A DNA stretch of 45,860 bases from the IMG/VR virus record IMGVR_UViG_3300027881_000001, positions 1-45,860 of that record. One strand, 5' to 3'. The position numbers were made by a program, and so were the translations under genes. The notes below the pieces were generated by a model. The model was given only the letters and a program-made list of their open reading frames with translations. It did no database searches and was not told the DNA's origin. Numbering within the stretch: the stretch's first letter is position 1; each line of letters begins with the position of its first letter. This DNA is from a virus. Below, one piece after another: positions 8,521 through 15,409 of the stretch.

Positions 8521-8773
8521 GTTTTATCACCAAATCTTTCCATTTTGTGCCGTCATAAACAATCGGTGCAAATCGAGGGTTGGCGGCATACATTTTGTAT
8601 TGACTGTTGCAGTCAAGAAAGGCGGTTCTGGTATCTTTGTCAACAAACTCTTCTGGCAATTCTTTCATTGCCCTCAAATAAAACTCCCTTGCGGTTCTTG
8701 GTCTTCGTTTGGCCCCAACCAAAAATGGTAGCGGGGCAAGGGTTAAGCCCTTCATTAGTTCGCGCCGGTTCAT
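8513..8773 (-). CDS. Small secreted protein with a twin-arginine (Tat)-like signal peptide, paralogue B
   Basis: Refined start at internal MNRRELMKGLTLAPLPFLVG (ATG 8773). This avoids overlap with the upstream gene ending at 8784. Confidence 0.55.
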   Translation of the reverse strand: MNRRELMKGLTLAPLPFLVGAKRRPRTAREFYLRAMKELPEEFVDKDTRTAFLDCNSQYKMYAANPRFAPIVYDGTKWKDLVIKHE

Positions 8774-8783
8774 TGCTTTCCTT

Positions 8784-9707
8784 TCAATCAAACCATCCCT
8801 CAACATCCCATTCCCTCATAGAAATAACAGGCTTTGAGCGAGTAGTTCTTTTGCCACAAACAGTTACATTGTATTGATTAAACGGCTTTATCCTTATTTG
8901 CATACTACTGAGGGGGCGAGCAGGGTAGTTTGCTCTTGAATCGTAAGTTGGCGCGCCAACCGCATAACTCTTTAGCCAGCACCCCCAATTGCCTTTGTAG
9001 GTTCTTCTCTCGATTAACTCGTCCGGCATAGCTCCGCGACGAGGCATATACAAATGTAATTGGGGGGGGCGAATATCAAAAGTGTGAGAGTGCCCCCTAA
9101 TCACTATGTCGGCATCAAACGAATCCACAAGTTGCCTTAACTTGTTCGGCTCTGCGCCATCGCTGCGCCCTCCGCCCCATCCGTGAAAGACAAATATAGT
9201 TACCGACGACCCCTTGACATTGTTCGCAACTTTACACTTAAAATCAAACCTTATCCCAGACACGTCGGTAAGGTTCGGGGATTTTAATTCTTCACACATT
9301 ATGTAGTGGTGGGCGTTATTACTGTACTTCATAATATCCGACTCGTGGTTGCCCTCGATAAGCCCAATACACTTGTCTTTAATTGGGTCAACAATTTCTA
9401 CGAACCTTTTTCTTTGTTGTAAAGCAATGTCGGAAAGCGCGTCTTTTATTGTAGATGCCGGGCCAGAAAACAACCAGTCTGGAAGGGAGCGAGCATCAAA
9501 CCTTTTTAGGTCTTGCGGGGTAATGCAATCACAGTGGTCTCCGCCGCCGACCCATAGGGCGTTTGGTTGTTTTAGGATATGATTGACACATTTTCTGAAA
9601 TGCCCCTCAGCGCAATTCAGCGCACCTATGTGTACGTCGCCGAGGGGGTAAATGTCCACAAAATCCTTTTCTGACTTGACCCATATCTGCTTGCTTATTA
9701 AGTTCAC
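8784..9707 (-). CDS. Calcineurin-like metallophosphoesterase
   Basis: Ordered motifs GDVHIG, GGGDHCD, GNHES, HGWGG, GHSH. GTG start with an upstream GGGA. Confidence 0.85.
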   Translation of the reverse strand: MNLISKQIWVKSEKDFVDIYPLGDVHIGALNCAEGHFRKCVNHILKQPNALWVGGGDHCDCITPQDLKRFDARSLPDWLFSGPASTIKDALSDIALQQRKRFVEIVDPIKDKCIGLIEGNHESDIMKYSNNAHHYIMCEELKSPNLTDVSGIRFDFKCKVANNVKGSSVTIFVFHGWGGGRSDGAEPNKLRQLVDSFDADIVIRGHSHTFDIRPPQLHLYMPRRGAMPDELIERRTYKGNWGCWLKSYAVGAPTYDSRANYPARPLSSMQIRIKPFNQYNVTVCGKRTTRSKPVISMREWDVEGWFD

Positions 9708-9926
9708 TTCAGTCCCTTTCAGTTACATTCTGTACGTTCTGTACGTTTTACTATACATATATTGTTAAGTGTCAAGGTTTAGACAACTCATATATTGTTA
9801 AATGGTGACGTTTTTATTCATATATGTAGTCAGTTTCTTAAATTACCCAGCTTTCCTATATAGGAAAATCCCTGTTATCAGGAAAATCCATATATATGTA
9901 GTTATTTGATGTTCCAAAATGGAACT
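9708..9926. promoter_or_regulatory. AT-rich, repeat-dense intergenic region (promoter/operator or origin candidate)
   Basis: Tandem ttctgtacg x2 (about 9729-9746). catatattgttaa x2 (about 9757, 9790). catatatgtagt x2 (about 9820, 9890). aggaaaatcc x2 (about 9863, 9881). 14-bp palindrome ttcctatataggaa (about 9854). gttcca/tggaac inverted repeats (about 9912-9938). Confidence 0.5.
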
Positions 9927-10202
9927 TCAAGGTTCCAGCCTCCATCCCATGCGCCATAAAGTACGCCCTATTTCGGTCGATACGCGGTCAACTACGTCCT
10001 CGGTCTCGGCCCAGTTCTCGGCATGCAGAAATTCATGGATAAGGGTAGTAAGGCCGCGACAAGAATTTATCTCGTCAACCTGAATATAGATAAACCGCTG
10101 GGTATCACCCATCTTGTAGGCGTCAACCTGCCCGTCTGCGGGAACATCTATATCTATTTTGTACCGCCGCCCGTTAAACGTGGCAGTCTTGACCTTTGCC
10201 AT
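9927..10202 (-). CDS. Small protein with an HExxH motif (possible minimal zinc metallopeptidase-like)
   Basis: LIHEFLHAENW in a 91-aa product. The function is weakly supported. Confidence 0.45.
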   Translation of the reverse strand: MAKVKTATFNGRRYKIDIDVPADGQVDAYKMGDTQRFIYIQVDEINSCRGLTTLIHEFLHAENWAETEDVVDRVSTEIGRTLWRMGWRLEP

Positions 10203-10214
10203 CCCTTGCCCTTT

Positions 10215-10553
10215 CTATAAATTCCTCAATGCCCCTCTTAGTTCCTCTATAATATACGCCGGAATGTTAAACTCCAACACCTCTTTCCCTTTTGGTATTT
10301 TGTCAGGGAAACACTGGGCGACCTTTTTGGCTGCGCTCAGCAACGGCCTGTCCTCCGAGTACCTTTTTATTTTAGTCTTATGATGTACCGGTCTTAAAGT
10401 GGGCCGAAATACCTTCTTGCAACTATCACACTCCCATACAGGGTCGTGGTTTTTAACTACATGGCCTATCGGGCGGGACAACTTCCCGCACCACGGGCAG
10501 TAAAACAAGGGCGTGGCGTGTATTGTTGTAAAAGACAAGCCGACCTCTTCCAT
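10215..10553 (-). CDS. Zinc-ribbon protein
   Basis: CPWCGK...(19 aa)...CDSCKK. Confidence 0.55.
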   Translation of the reverse strand: MEEVGLSFTTIHATPLFYCPWCGKLSRPIGHVVKNHDPVWECDSCKKVFRPTLRPVHHKTKIKRYSEDRPLLSAAKKVAQCFPDKIPKGKEVLEFNIPAYIIEELRGALRNL

Positions 10554-10554
10554 C

Positions 10555-11016
10555 TTAGACCACCTCCACGTCTGTACCCACTAAGCCATCAATGGGCTTT
10601 TCTTGATGCGGAACGGCCCATACAAAATGCTTCGATTTGTCGTTACAAACCATCCATGCAGCCCCTTCGGGCAAAGGATGCCGAGCGGAAACATCCCTTT
10701 GCCATTCTCGCATCTCAATCTCGCTGCAAATTGGCCTCTGCGCTACCATCTCAGTCCTGTCCTTGAACTGATGGTGCAACTGCCATAATTGAGGCCCATC
10801 CCTAATGGACCGAATCAGGTTGTAGCACCTGACCATCTCAGCCGCAACGCTTTCGGCGCAAGCTATCCCGTCGGCAACATAACACTCGCTTGCCCGGAAT
10901 AAAATACGTTCTCCACCCTCTTGTGTAATAGTCTCAGAAATATAACATTCCTTGCCCTGCCAATGACAATTCAAAAAATCAGGGTACTCCAAATTGCCCT
11001 CTTCGGTTTTCTTCAT
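10555..11016 (-). CDS. Hypothetical protein
   Basis: Refined start MKKTEEGNLEYPDF (ATG 11016, upstream AAGGG). The track start at 11097 is a GTG. Confidence 0.5.
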   Translation of the reverse strand: MKKTEEGNLEYPDFLNCHWQGKECYISETITQEGGERILFRASECYVADGIACAESVAAEMVRCYNLIRSIRDGPQLWQLHHQFKDRTEMVAQRPICSEIEMREWQRDVSARHPLPEGAAWMVCNDKSKHFVWAVPHQEKPIDGLVGTDVEVV

Positions 11017-11200
11017 TTTTAACCCTTTCGCAAAATTCCTCAATACTTCCCCTCGTTTCAGGGTCTGTCCAATAATATCGATGCCACAGCACCACACATC
11101 TGCCCTCGTATAGCTCCTCGTAAGGGCAACCGGCAGGGCAGGTGAAGGGGCAGGTCAATTTGTGAATATCTGTATAAATAACCACAAAGAGATAGACCAA
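10979..11200 (-). CDS. Possible Cys-rich small protein, start uncertain (no ATG; possible TTG at about 11158)
   Basis: CPFTCPAGCPYEELYEGRC. Overlaps both neighbouring ORFs in another frame. Confidence 0.25.
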   Translation of the reverse strand: MVYLFVVIYTDIHKLTCPFTCPAGCPYEELYEGRCVVLWHRYYWTDPETRGSIEEFCERVKNEENRRGQFGVP

Positions 11201-11250
11201 AGAGCCACATGTATATTAGTTAATTGTTCTGCTATTTCTTCCATCTTCAT
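11155..11250 (-). CDS. Possible 31-aa hydrophobic peptide (below the track threshold)
   Basis: ATGA coupling with the stop of 11247..11648. Translation MKMEEIAEQLTNIHVALWSISLWLFIQIFTN. Confidence 0.3.
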   Translation of the reverse strand: MKMEEIAEQLTNIHVALWSISLWLFIQIFTN

Positions 11251-11648
11251 TTCCCTTTCAGTATAGCCCTCGCTATACGCTCAAAAGCATAGTCGTTACA
11301 CTCTACAAATTCCACCACAGGTTTACCGGCAGACTTCATGGCCTCCCATTCGTCTTCCATGCCGGTTGTCCTGAACCCGTACGTGCCGATATAAGCTATC
11401 CCCACGTCCCGCCTGAGGGCGATTCGGGTGGTCGCCCTTACTATCTGGGGGCCGGGCACGCCGTCGCGCCACAGCTCATGTATGACCTCCTCGTGGCGGT
11501 GGGGTATATACAAGTCAACTGTAGGAAACTTCTTTTCCAGCCACGCGCCAACCTCAATACCCCGCGCGACGTTAGCGGCCTTTTCTTCATCACTTACCGT
11601 TTCGCCGTCAGGGCCACGGACAGCCGCCATGAAGTATGCAGAAGTCAT
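11247..11648 (-). CDS. Hypothetical protein; weak resemblance to nucleoside 2-deoxyribosyltransferase-like (DUF4406-type) proteins
   Basis: ORF coupled to its neighbours. The resemblance is by eye only (AYFMAAVRGP..., ...GMEDEWEAMKSAGKPVV). Confidence 0.5.
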   Translation of the reverse strand: MTSAYFMAAVRGPDGETVSDEEKAANVARGIEVGAWLEKKFPTVDLYIPHRHEEVIHELWRDGVPGPQIVRATTRIALRRDVGIAYIGTYGFRTTGMEDEWEAMKSAGKPVVEFVECNDYAFERIARAILKGK

Positions 11649-11953
11649 TTGGATTTCTCCTCTATATCAATTATTGCCAAAAGCGAATAAGCAGCATTGT
11701 CCATTAGTGTATCGGCGATAGATTCATTCTTTACCTCTAACTTGCCAACCTTTGCGAATTGCTCGTACCGGCTGACCTTGTCTTGGAGCCTAATAAGTAT
11801 TCCCTTCCATGCAGGAATGCCCATCCTCTCACAAGCCCTGAGATTTTTTAGGGGGTCGTCTGTGCCCGCATAATCATGGTTCTTACGGGAGTGCAGGTCG
11901 GCCATTTCATCTAATAATTCGTAAAACCTTGGGTGTCCGTGTCTTTCTGTCAT
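11645..11953 (-). CDS. All-alpha MazG-like/DUF1599-like protein (putative nucleotide pyrophosphohydrolase-related)
   Basis: HSRKNHDYAG...PLKNLR...GILIRLQDKVSRYEQ pattern. First gene of the leftward block. Confidence 0.5.
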   Translation of the reverse strand: MTERHGHPRFYELLDEMADLHSRKNHDYAGTDDPLKNLRACERMGIPAWKGILIRLQDKVSRYEQFAKVGKLEVKNESIADTLMDNAAYSLLAIIDIEEKSK

Positions 11954-12092
11954 ATCAATCCCTTTCTGTTAACCACCGCCCGCCAAGTTAACATACCCCC
12001 ACCACGCTTGGCTGGATTGACACACGCGCGGCAGGGGCAGCATTAGGTTTGTTCGAGCAGGTTGTGCCAATCCGGTTATCATCTCTATTACA

Positions 12093-12120
12093 AATATAAC
12101 ACATAGGACAAAAAAGTCAA
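12093..12120 (-). promoter_or_regulatory. Sigma70-like promoter for the leftward block (TTGACT-N16-TATATT on the - strand)
   Basis: The reverse complement of 12093-12120 reads ttgact tttttgtcctatgtgt tatatt. Confidence 0.5.
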
Positions 12121-12218
12121 CCGTAAAAACAAAAAAATGTGATATATTTTATCGCCCGGATTTAGTCATTATCTTGCTGCCCCCAAGCCCCACTTGCCCG
12201 TCAATATGGGGGTTTTAG

Positions 12219-12235
12219 TATAAATATCTTGCTAA
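12219..12235 (-). promoter_or_regulatory. 17-mer TTAGCAAGATATTTATA (- strand copy); related AGCAAGATAATGA copy at about 12166-12178 (-)
   Basis: Exact reverse-complement match to 25367-25383. Confidence 0.6.
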
Positions 12236-12249
12236 TATATATTTCGCCC

Positions 12250-12279
12250 TTGACTTTTTCAAGGAAATTGGCATAATAT
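12250..12279 (+). promoter_or_regulatory. Sigma70-like promoter for the rightward early block (TTGACT-N18-TAATAT)
   Basis: ttgact at 12250-12255, taatat at 12274-12279. The first + strand gene is at 12400. Confidence 0.5.
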
Positions 12280-12336
12280 AATAGAGGCAAAAATGAAAAA
12301 TGGACTGGAACATCCAAATTACTCCTTAATGCAACG

Positions 12337-12383
12337 GCCCCCGTCCGCCCTTCGTTCCAGTCAAACATCCTGCGGGCGGGGGC
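12337..12383 (+). terminator. 12-bp GC-rich hairpin in the 5' leader, followed by ATTT and the RBS of 12400 (attenuator/terminator-like)
   Basis: gcccccgtccgc (12337-12348) pairs with gcgggcgggggc (12372-12383), with one G-U pair. Confidence 0.45.
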
Positions 12384-12399
12384 ATTTAGGAGATAAGCC

Positions 12400-12714
12400 A
12401 TGAAGCGGACAAGAACTATTGAAACAACAACAAGTAATAGCGGTAACGGCGTAAGAATCATAAACAGCAACAGGGACTATTTAACCTCTAACATTTCCCG
12501 GCACTTTAACATAAAGCCAAATAGGAAATACAAAGTTACTATAGAGCAGAAAAAAGGTGGAGAGTATAGATTTTCCGGCGCGAAATACCCCGACCTCCTA
12601 CTCAAGGGGGACGATAGCGTTGGCTATGTTTGCAAAAAACGCCTACTTGAATATTTCCCCTTCATTGACGGTCGCCGCCGCTACTCCATAACAGCAAAGA
12701 AGGTGAAAGGATAG
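12400..12714 (+). CDS. Hypothetical early protein
   Basis: AGGAG lies 7 nt upstream of the ATG. Confidence 0.55.
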   Translation: MKRTRTIETTTSNSGNGVRIINSNRDYLTSNISRHFNIKPNRKYKVTIEQKKGGEYRFSGAKYPDLLLKGDDSVGYVCKKRLLEYFPFIDGRRRYSITAKKVKG

Positions 12715-12717
12715 ACC

Positions 12718-12927
12718 ATGGCCCATAAAAGCGGAATGTGGTACGGGGCTACAAGGCGGGACAGCTTTCAATATCAGGCGTTCCGCGTACATTATAAAAT
12801 ATTCAAGGCTGACTATGAGCCGCCAGAGGCATTTGCCCTTGCTATTGCGGCGACAAGGGATGATGTTATGGACAGGATATTAAAGAAGAACCCCGATATT
12901 GTCGATAACTGGAAGTGCTCTTTATGA
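12718..12927 (+). CDS. Hypothetical early protein
   Basis: Starts 4 nt after the upstream stop. Confidence 0.5.
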   Translation: MAHKSGMWYGATRRDSFQYQAFRVHYKIFKADYEPPEAFALAIAATRDDVMDRILKKNPDIVDNWKCSL

Positions 12928-12938
12928 CATAAGAATAT

Positions 12939-13135
12939 GGGACAGGTGGCGGAATAGGTAAACGCGGGGTAGCCTACCGTTGGATACAGGCGGGTTCCTG
13001 ACGACAGCCCGTTTATATATCTGGTAGCCCAGAGGCCAGTTGTTAGGACAATAGGACGAGGTCGCTCCTCTTACTGACTTCCCATGCTGTAGAAATGCCA
13101 ACATGCAGGGTGCAAATCCCTGCCCTGTCCCACCC
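12939..13135 (+). ncRNA. tRNA-Leu-like element interrupted by a roughly 100-nt insert (intron-containing tRNA, tRNA-like RNA or tRNA pseudogene)
   Basis: 5' GGGACAG + GTGGCGGAATAGGTAAACGC (class II Leu-type D-arm). 3' GCAGGG-TGCAAAT-CCCTGC (T-arm-like) + CCTGTCCC-A-CC pairing with the 5' end. I could not fold a canonical anticodon arm. The T-loop has G where U55 is expected. Confidence 0.4.
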
Positions 13136-13332
13136 AAAATTCGGGGCGGCGGTATTAGCGAGAAGGTCTGGTGGCGAAGGGCCAAAATCAGAATACCCTG
13201 ATTCCTTTGCGACATCCCCCCACTCGGCAGGTACAAGCCCAGACAGTGTTGGGCCGGTGATAATCAAAAGGGATAGTCCTGCGATGACGCACCGGCAAAA
13301 TCTGCCCGCCCCGACTAAATATTTCCTCTACC

Positions 13333-13361
13333 GGGGAGGGTTGGTAAGGGCCGCCCTCCCC
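13333..13361 (+). terminator. Hairpin GGGGAGGG/CCCTCCCC followed by ATTATT, directly upstream of the RBS of 13383
   Basis: 8-bp GC stem read directly. The U-tract is weak. Confidence 0.4.
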
Positions 13362-13382
13362 ATTATTAGAAAGGATTGAAAG

Positions 13383-13613
13383 ATGGAATTGAAAATAGAG
13401 ATTAAGGAATGGAAAGTTGGCAAGACTGATAACAACCAAAAGATTATTGGTGGCGAGTATGAAATTAAATGTGGCAATAGTGTTGTTGCGACAGCAGATT
13501 TCAATCTTGGCTATAACGCAACCAAAATACCCATACCCGCCAAGCTTATGGCCAAGATTGAAGCAATAGACGACGAGGTACGTCAGGCTATTGTAGATAA
13601 TTTTTCAAATTAA
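13383..13613 (+). CDS. Hypothetical protein
   Basis: AAAGGA RBS upstream of the ORF. Confidence 0.5.
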   Translation: MELKIEIKEWKVGKTDNNQKIIGGEYEIKCGNSVVATADFNLGYNATKIPIPAKLMAKIEAIDDEVRQAIVDNFSN

Positions 13614-13630
13614 AGAAAGGACATAAGAAA

Positions 13631-13822
13631 ATGGACAAGAAAAAAGCCATCGAAGAAGCCCTCCGGCAACAAAAAGAAGAACATGAAAAAAGGTTTCAAA
13701 GCAGAGTACAAGAACTTGTGTACGAAATCGGGCAAACATCGCAGCGGCTTCGTAAACTGAAAGCCGAATTGACATCATTGGAATACAAAGAGCCAGAAAT
13801 AGGCGAAGATTTCGACGGTTAA
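13631..13822 (+). CDS. Hypothetical coiled-coil protein
   Basis: K/E-rich heptad-like sequence. AAAGGA upstream. Confidence 0.5.
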   Translation: MDKKKAIEEALRQQKEEHEKRFQSRVQELVYEIGQTSQRLRKLKAELTSLEYKEPEIGEDFDG

Positions 13823-13858
13823 CAAGTGAAGATACTCTATCCTCTGAGTTACGGTAAC

Positions 13859-13890
13859 GACCGGCGGCACTCGGAATCGCCGGTCTATTT
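13859..13890 (+). terminator. Terminator-like hairpin GACCGGCG/CGCCGGTC + TATTT
   Basis: 8-bp stem with an 11-nt loop, followed by the RBS and ATG of 13905. Confidence 0.45.
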
Positions 13891-13904
13891 GAAAGGGAGT
13901 TGTT

Positions 13905-14117
13905 ATGAGAGCATACAAATTCGTTACAGAGACCCGGCGTGAATTTATTCGAGAAAAACGGAGGACATTAAAAAAGGTTAAAAAAGCCGTTGAGGAACTA
14001 AGGCTTGGGTGCGCTTTATACAAAGCCTTTGACGACACCGCCGCCTTTCAGCATGCAGTCTATCGGATGCTTGATGAAATTGAGAAAATTGACCAGATAA
14101 CAAAGCCTTTGGCTTGA
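13905..14117 (+). CDS. Hypothetical protein
   Basis: GGGAG RBS upstream of the ORF. Confidence 0.5.
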   Translation: MRAYKFVTETRREFIREKRRTLKKVKKAVEELRLGCALYKAFDDTAAFQHAVYRMLDEIEKIDQITKPLA

Positions 14118-14127
14118 AAGGGATATT

Positions 14128-14271
14128 ATGAACATGGAAGACAACATAACAAGCGACAAGGTTGTTGAAGACCTTTTCGCTAATTTCAAGGCTATCGATA
14201 AGAAGCTCGACGGCGAAGACCTGTACTGGATTGCCGTGGAAACAGGGGTCTGGATGGGAGAGACAGCATGA
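14128..14271 (+). CDS. 47-aa hypothetical protein (below the track threshold)
   Basis: MNMEDNITSDKVVEDLF... The stop overlaps the next start (ATGA at 14268). Confidence 0.4.
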   Translation: MNMEDNITSDKVVEDLFANFKAIDKKLDGEDLYWIAVETGVWMGETA

Positions 14272-14663
14272 GCAGAAAACAAGATATAGATTGCGGTGTA
14301 CGGCGGAAACACAGAAAAAAAGTAGAATCGTTATTGGGTCGCAAACTTGGCCCGAACGAAATCGTTCACCATAAAGACGGAAACTGTCGGAATGGGGACA
14401 TTGGCAACCTTGTTATTATGCCTCGCTCGGCCCACAGTTCTTATCATATGACAGGATTTGTAATCCCTGATTCTACCAAATTAAAACTGCAAGAGAAGGG
14501 AAGGCTAAGAAGGTCGGGTGCAAAATTGGATATTGAGCAAGTGCGGGACATCAGAAAAATGCTCAAGGATGGTATCCGGCAATTTGTTATTGCCTTCGCC
14601 TTTGGGGTTTCGCGGGCGGCTATCAGTGATATTAACATGAACAGAAAATGGCAATGGGTCTAA
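14268..14663 (+). CDS. HNH endonuclease with a C-terminal HTH-like segment
   Basis: VHHKDGNCRNGDIGNLVIMPRSAHSSYH. Confidence 0.8.
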   Translation: MSRKQDIDCGVRRKHRKKVESLLGRKLGPNEIVHHKDGNCRNGDIGNLVIMPRSAHSSYHMTGFVIPDSTKLKLQEKGRLRRSGAKLDIEQVRDIRKMLKDGIRQFVIAFAFGVSRAAISDINMNRKWQWV

Positions 14664-14688
14664 TCGAACAGACATTAAAGGAGACAAA

Positions 14689-14955
14689 ATGACCCTCTAC
14701 AAAAACTGGCTAATCTTCTGCGGCGTCCTCGCTGCCATGTTCATAGGCTACTTAATCGGCCTGAGCAAGCCGCCTGTAATCGTTCCCCGCATGATGTCCT
14801 GCCCCGAACTGCAAAGGTTTTTAGTAACCGAGGGCTATGACATTGGGCCGAATGGCGTGGATGGTGTATGCGGGAAAGACACTGACACTCAAACGGCGTG
14901 GGACGCATATATTTGTGATATGTACGCAAAAAGAGAGTTTGAGAGGATAGAATAA
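14689..14955 (+). CDS. Membrane-anchored protein with a peptidoglycan-binding-like repeat
   Basis: N-terminal TM helix WLIFCGVLAAMFIGYLIGL, then LQRFLVTEGYDIGPNGVDGVCGKDT. Confidence 0.45.
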   Translation: MTLYKNWLIFCGVLAAMFIGYLIGLSKPPVIVPRMMSCPELQRFLVTEGYDIGPNGVDGVCGKDTDTQTAWDAYICDMYAKREFERIE

Positions 14956-15149
14956 TGGAACCTGAAACCAAGTGCTGCGGGAATTGCTTTGCATACTCCC
15001 ACGTACCCGAAGTTCTTCGGAAAGGGAAATTTACTGGCTCATGCACCCTTTTTCATTGTGGGGTTAAATCTAATCATGTATGCAATTCATGGCTACCCAA
15101 AAATGCCAGGCCAAGAAACTACCGCCCGGCAAAGGAGGCAGAAGAATGA
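14955..15149 (+). CDS. Cys-rich small protein
   Basis: CCGNC...C...C...C pattern. The start overlaps the upstream stop. Confidence 0.45.
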   Translation: MEPETKCCGNCFAYSHVPEVLRKGKFTGSCTLFHCGVKSNHVCNSWLPKNARPRNYRPAKEAEE

Positions 15150-15397
15150 TACCCCGCTGGTGGATAGAAGAGGCCGCTGCCCGGCGCAGGCAGGAGCAGC
15201 TTTTGCAGGATTCTATTACTTGCCCCAACTGCGGGCACAAGGTCGGGGATGAAGAACTTGATGAGTGCGATGCCTGCGGCAAAGGGATTTGCCCGGAATG
15301 TATGATATGCTACGATAAGGCGTGCCTTTGTTCTATGGACTGCCAGATAGATTGCGTGGCGGCTGAAGCCGATAGGATTTACGAGGAGCATAAATAG
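15146..15397 (+). CDS. Zinc-ribbon small protein
   Basis: Refined start at ATG 15146 (AGGAGG upstream, ATGA coupling). Contains CPNCGH...CDACGKGICPEC. Confidence 0.5.
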   Translation: MIPRWWIEEAAARRRQEQLLQDSITCPNCGHKVGDEELDECDACGKGICPECMICYDKACLCSMDCQIDCVAAEADRIYEEHK

Positions 15398-15409
15398 GAA
15401 GGAACGAAC

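Noticed and set aside
12201-12470. 89-aa - strand ORF spanning the divergent promoter region and the start of gene 12400
   Set aside because: It overlaps promoter elements, the 17-mer motif and the 12-bp leader hairpin. The product is a hydrophobic junk-like sequence with no RBS.
12998-13095. Hammerhead-ribozyme-like core words (CTGACGA ... GAAA) inside the tRNA-like insert
   Set aside because: The helices that should flank the core do not close in register: two extra nucleotides lie between the putative stem II 3' strand and GAAA. This is probably coincidental.
12939-13135. Reading the tRNA-like element as a phage attP site or tmRNA
   Set aside because: No integrase is encoded. Both tRNA halves are present rather than only a 3' fragment. 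There is no tag-peptide reading frame or tmRNA-type pseudoknot pattern, and the element is too short for tmRNA.
13141-13314. 9-bp long-range complement (tcggggcgg / ccgccccga) as evidence for a closed ~170-nt RNA domain
   Set aside because: A 9-mer complement somewhere within about 400 nt is not improbable by chance (order of 0.3 by rough count). It is mentioned only as context, not as evidence.
13095-13379. 94-aa + strand ORF (and - strand ORFs 12922-13439) inside the structured non-coding region
   Set aside because: There is no RBS, the product is Pro/Ser/Gly/Ala-rich and junk-like, and it overlaps the tRNA-like T-arm and several stable hairpins. I treat the region as RNA or regulatory.
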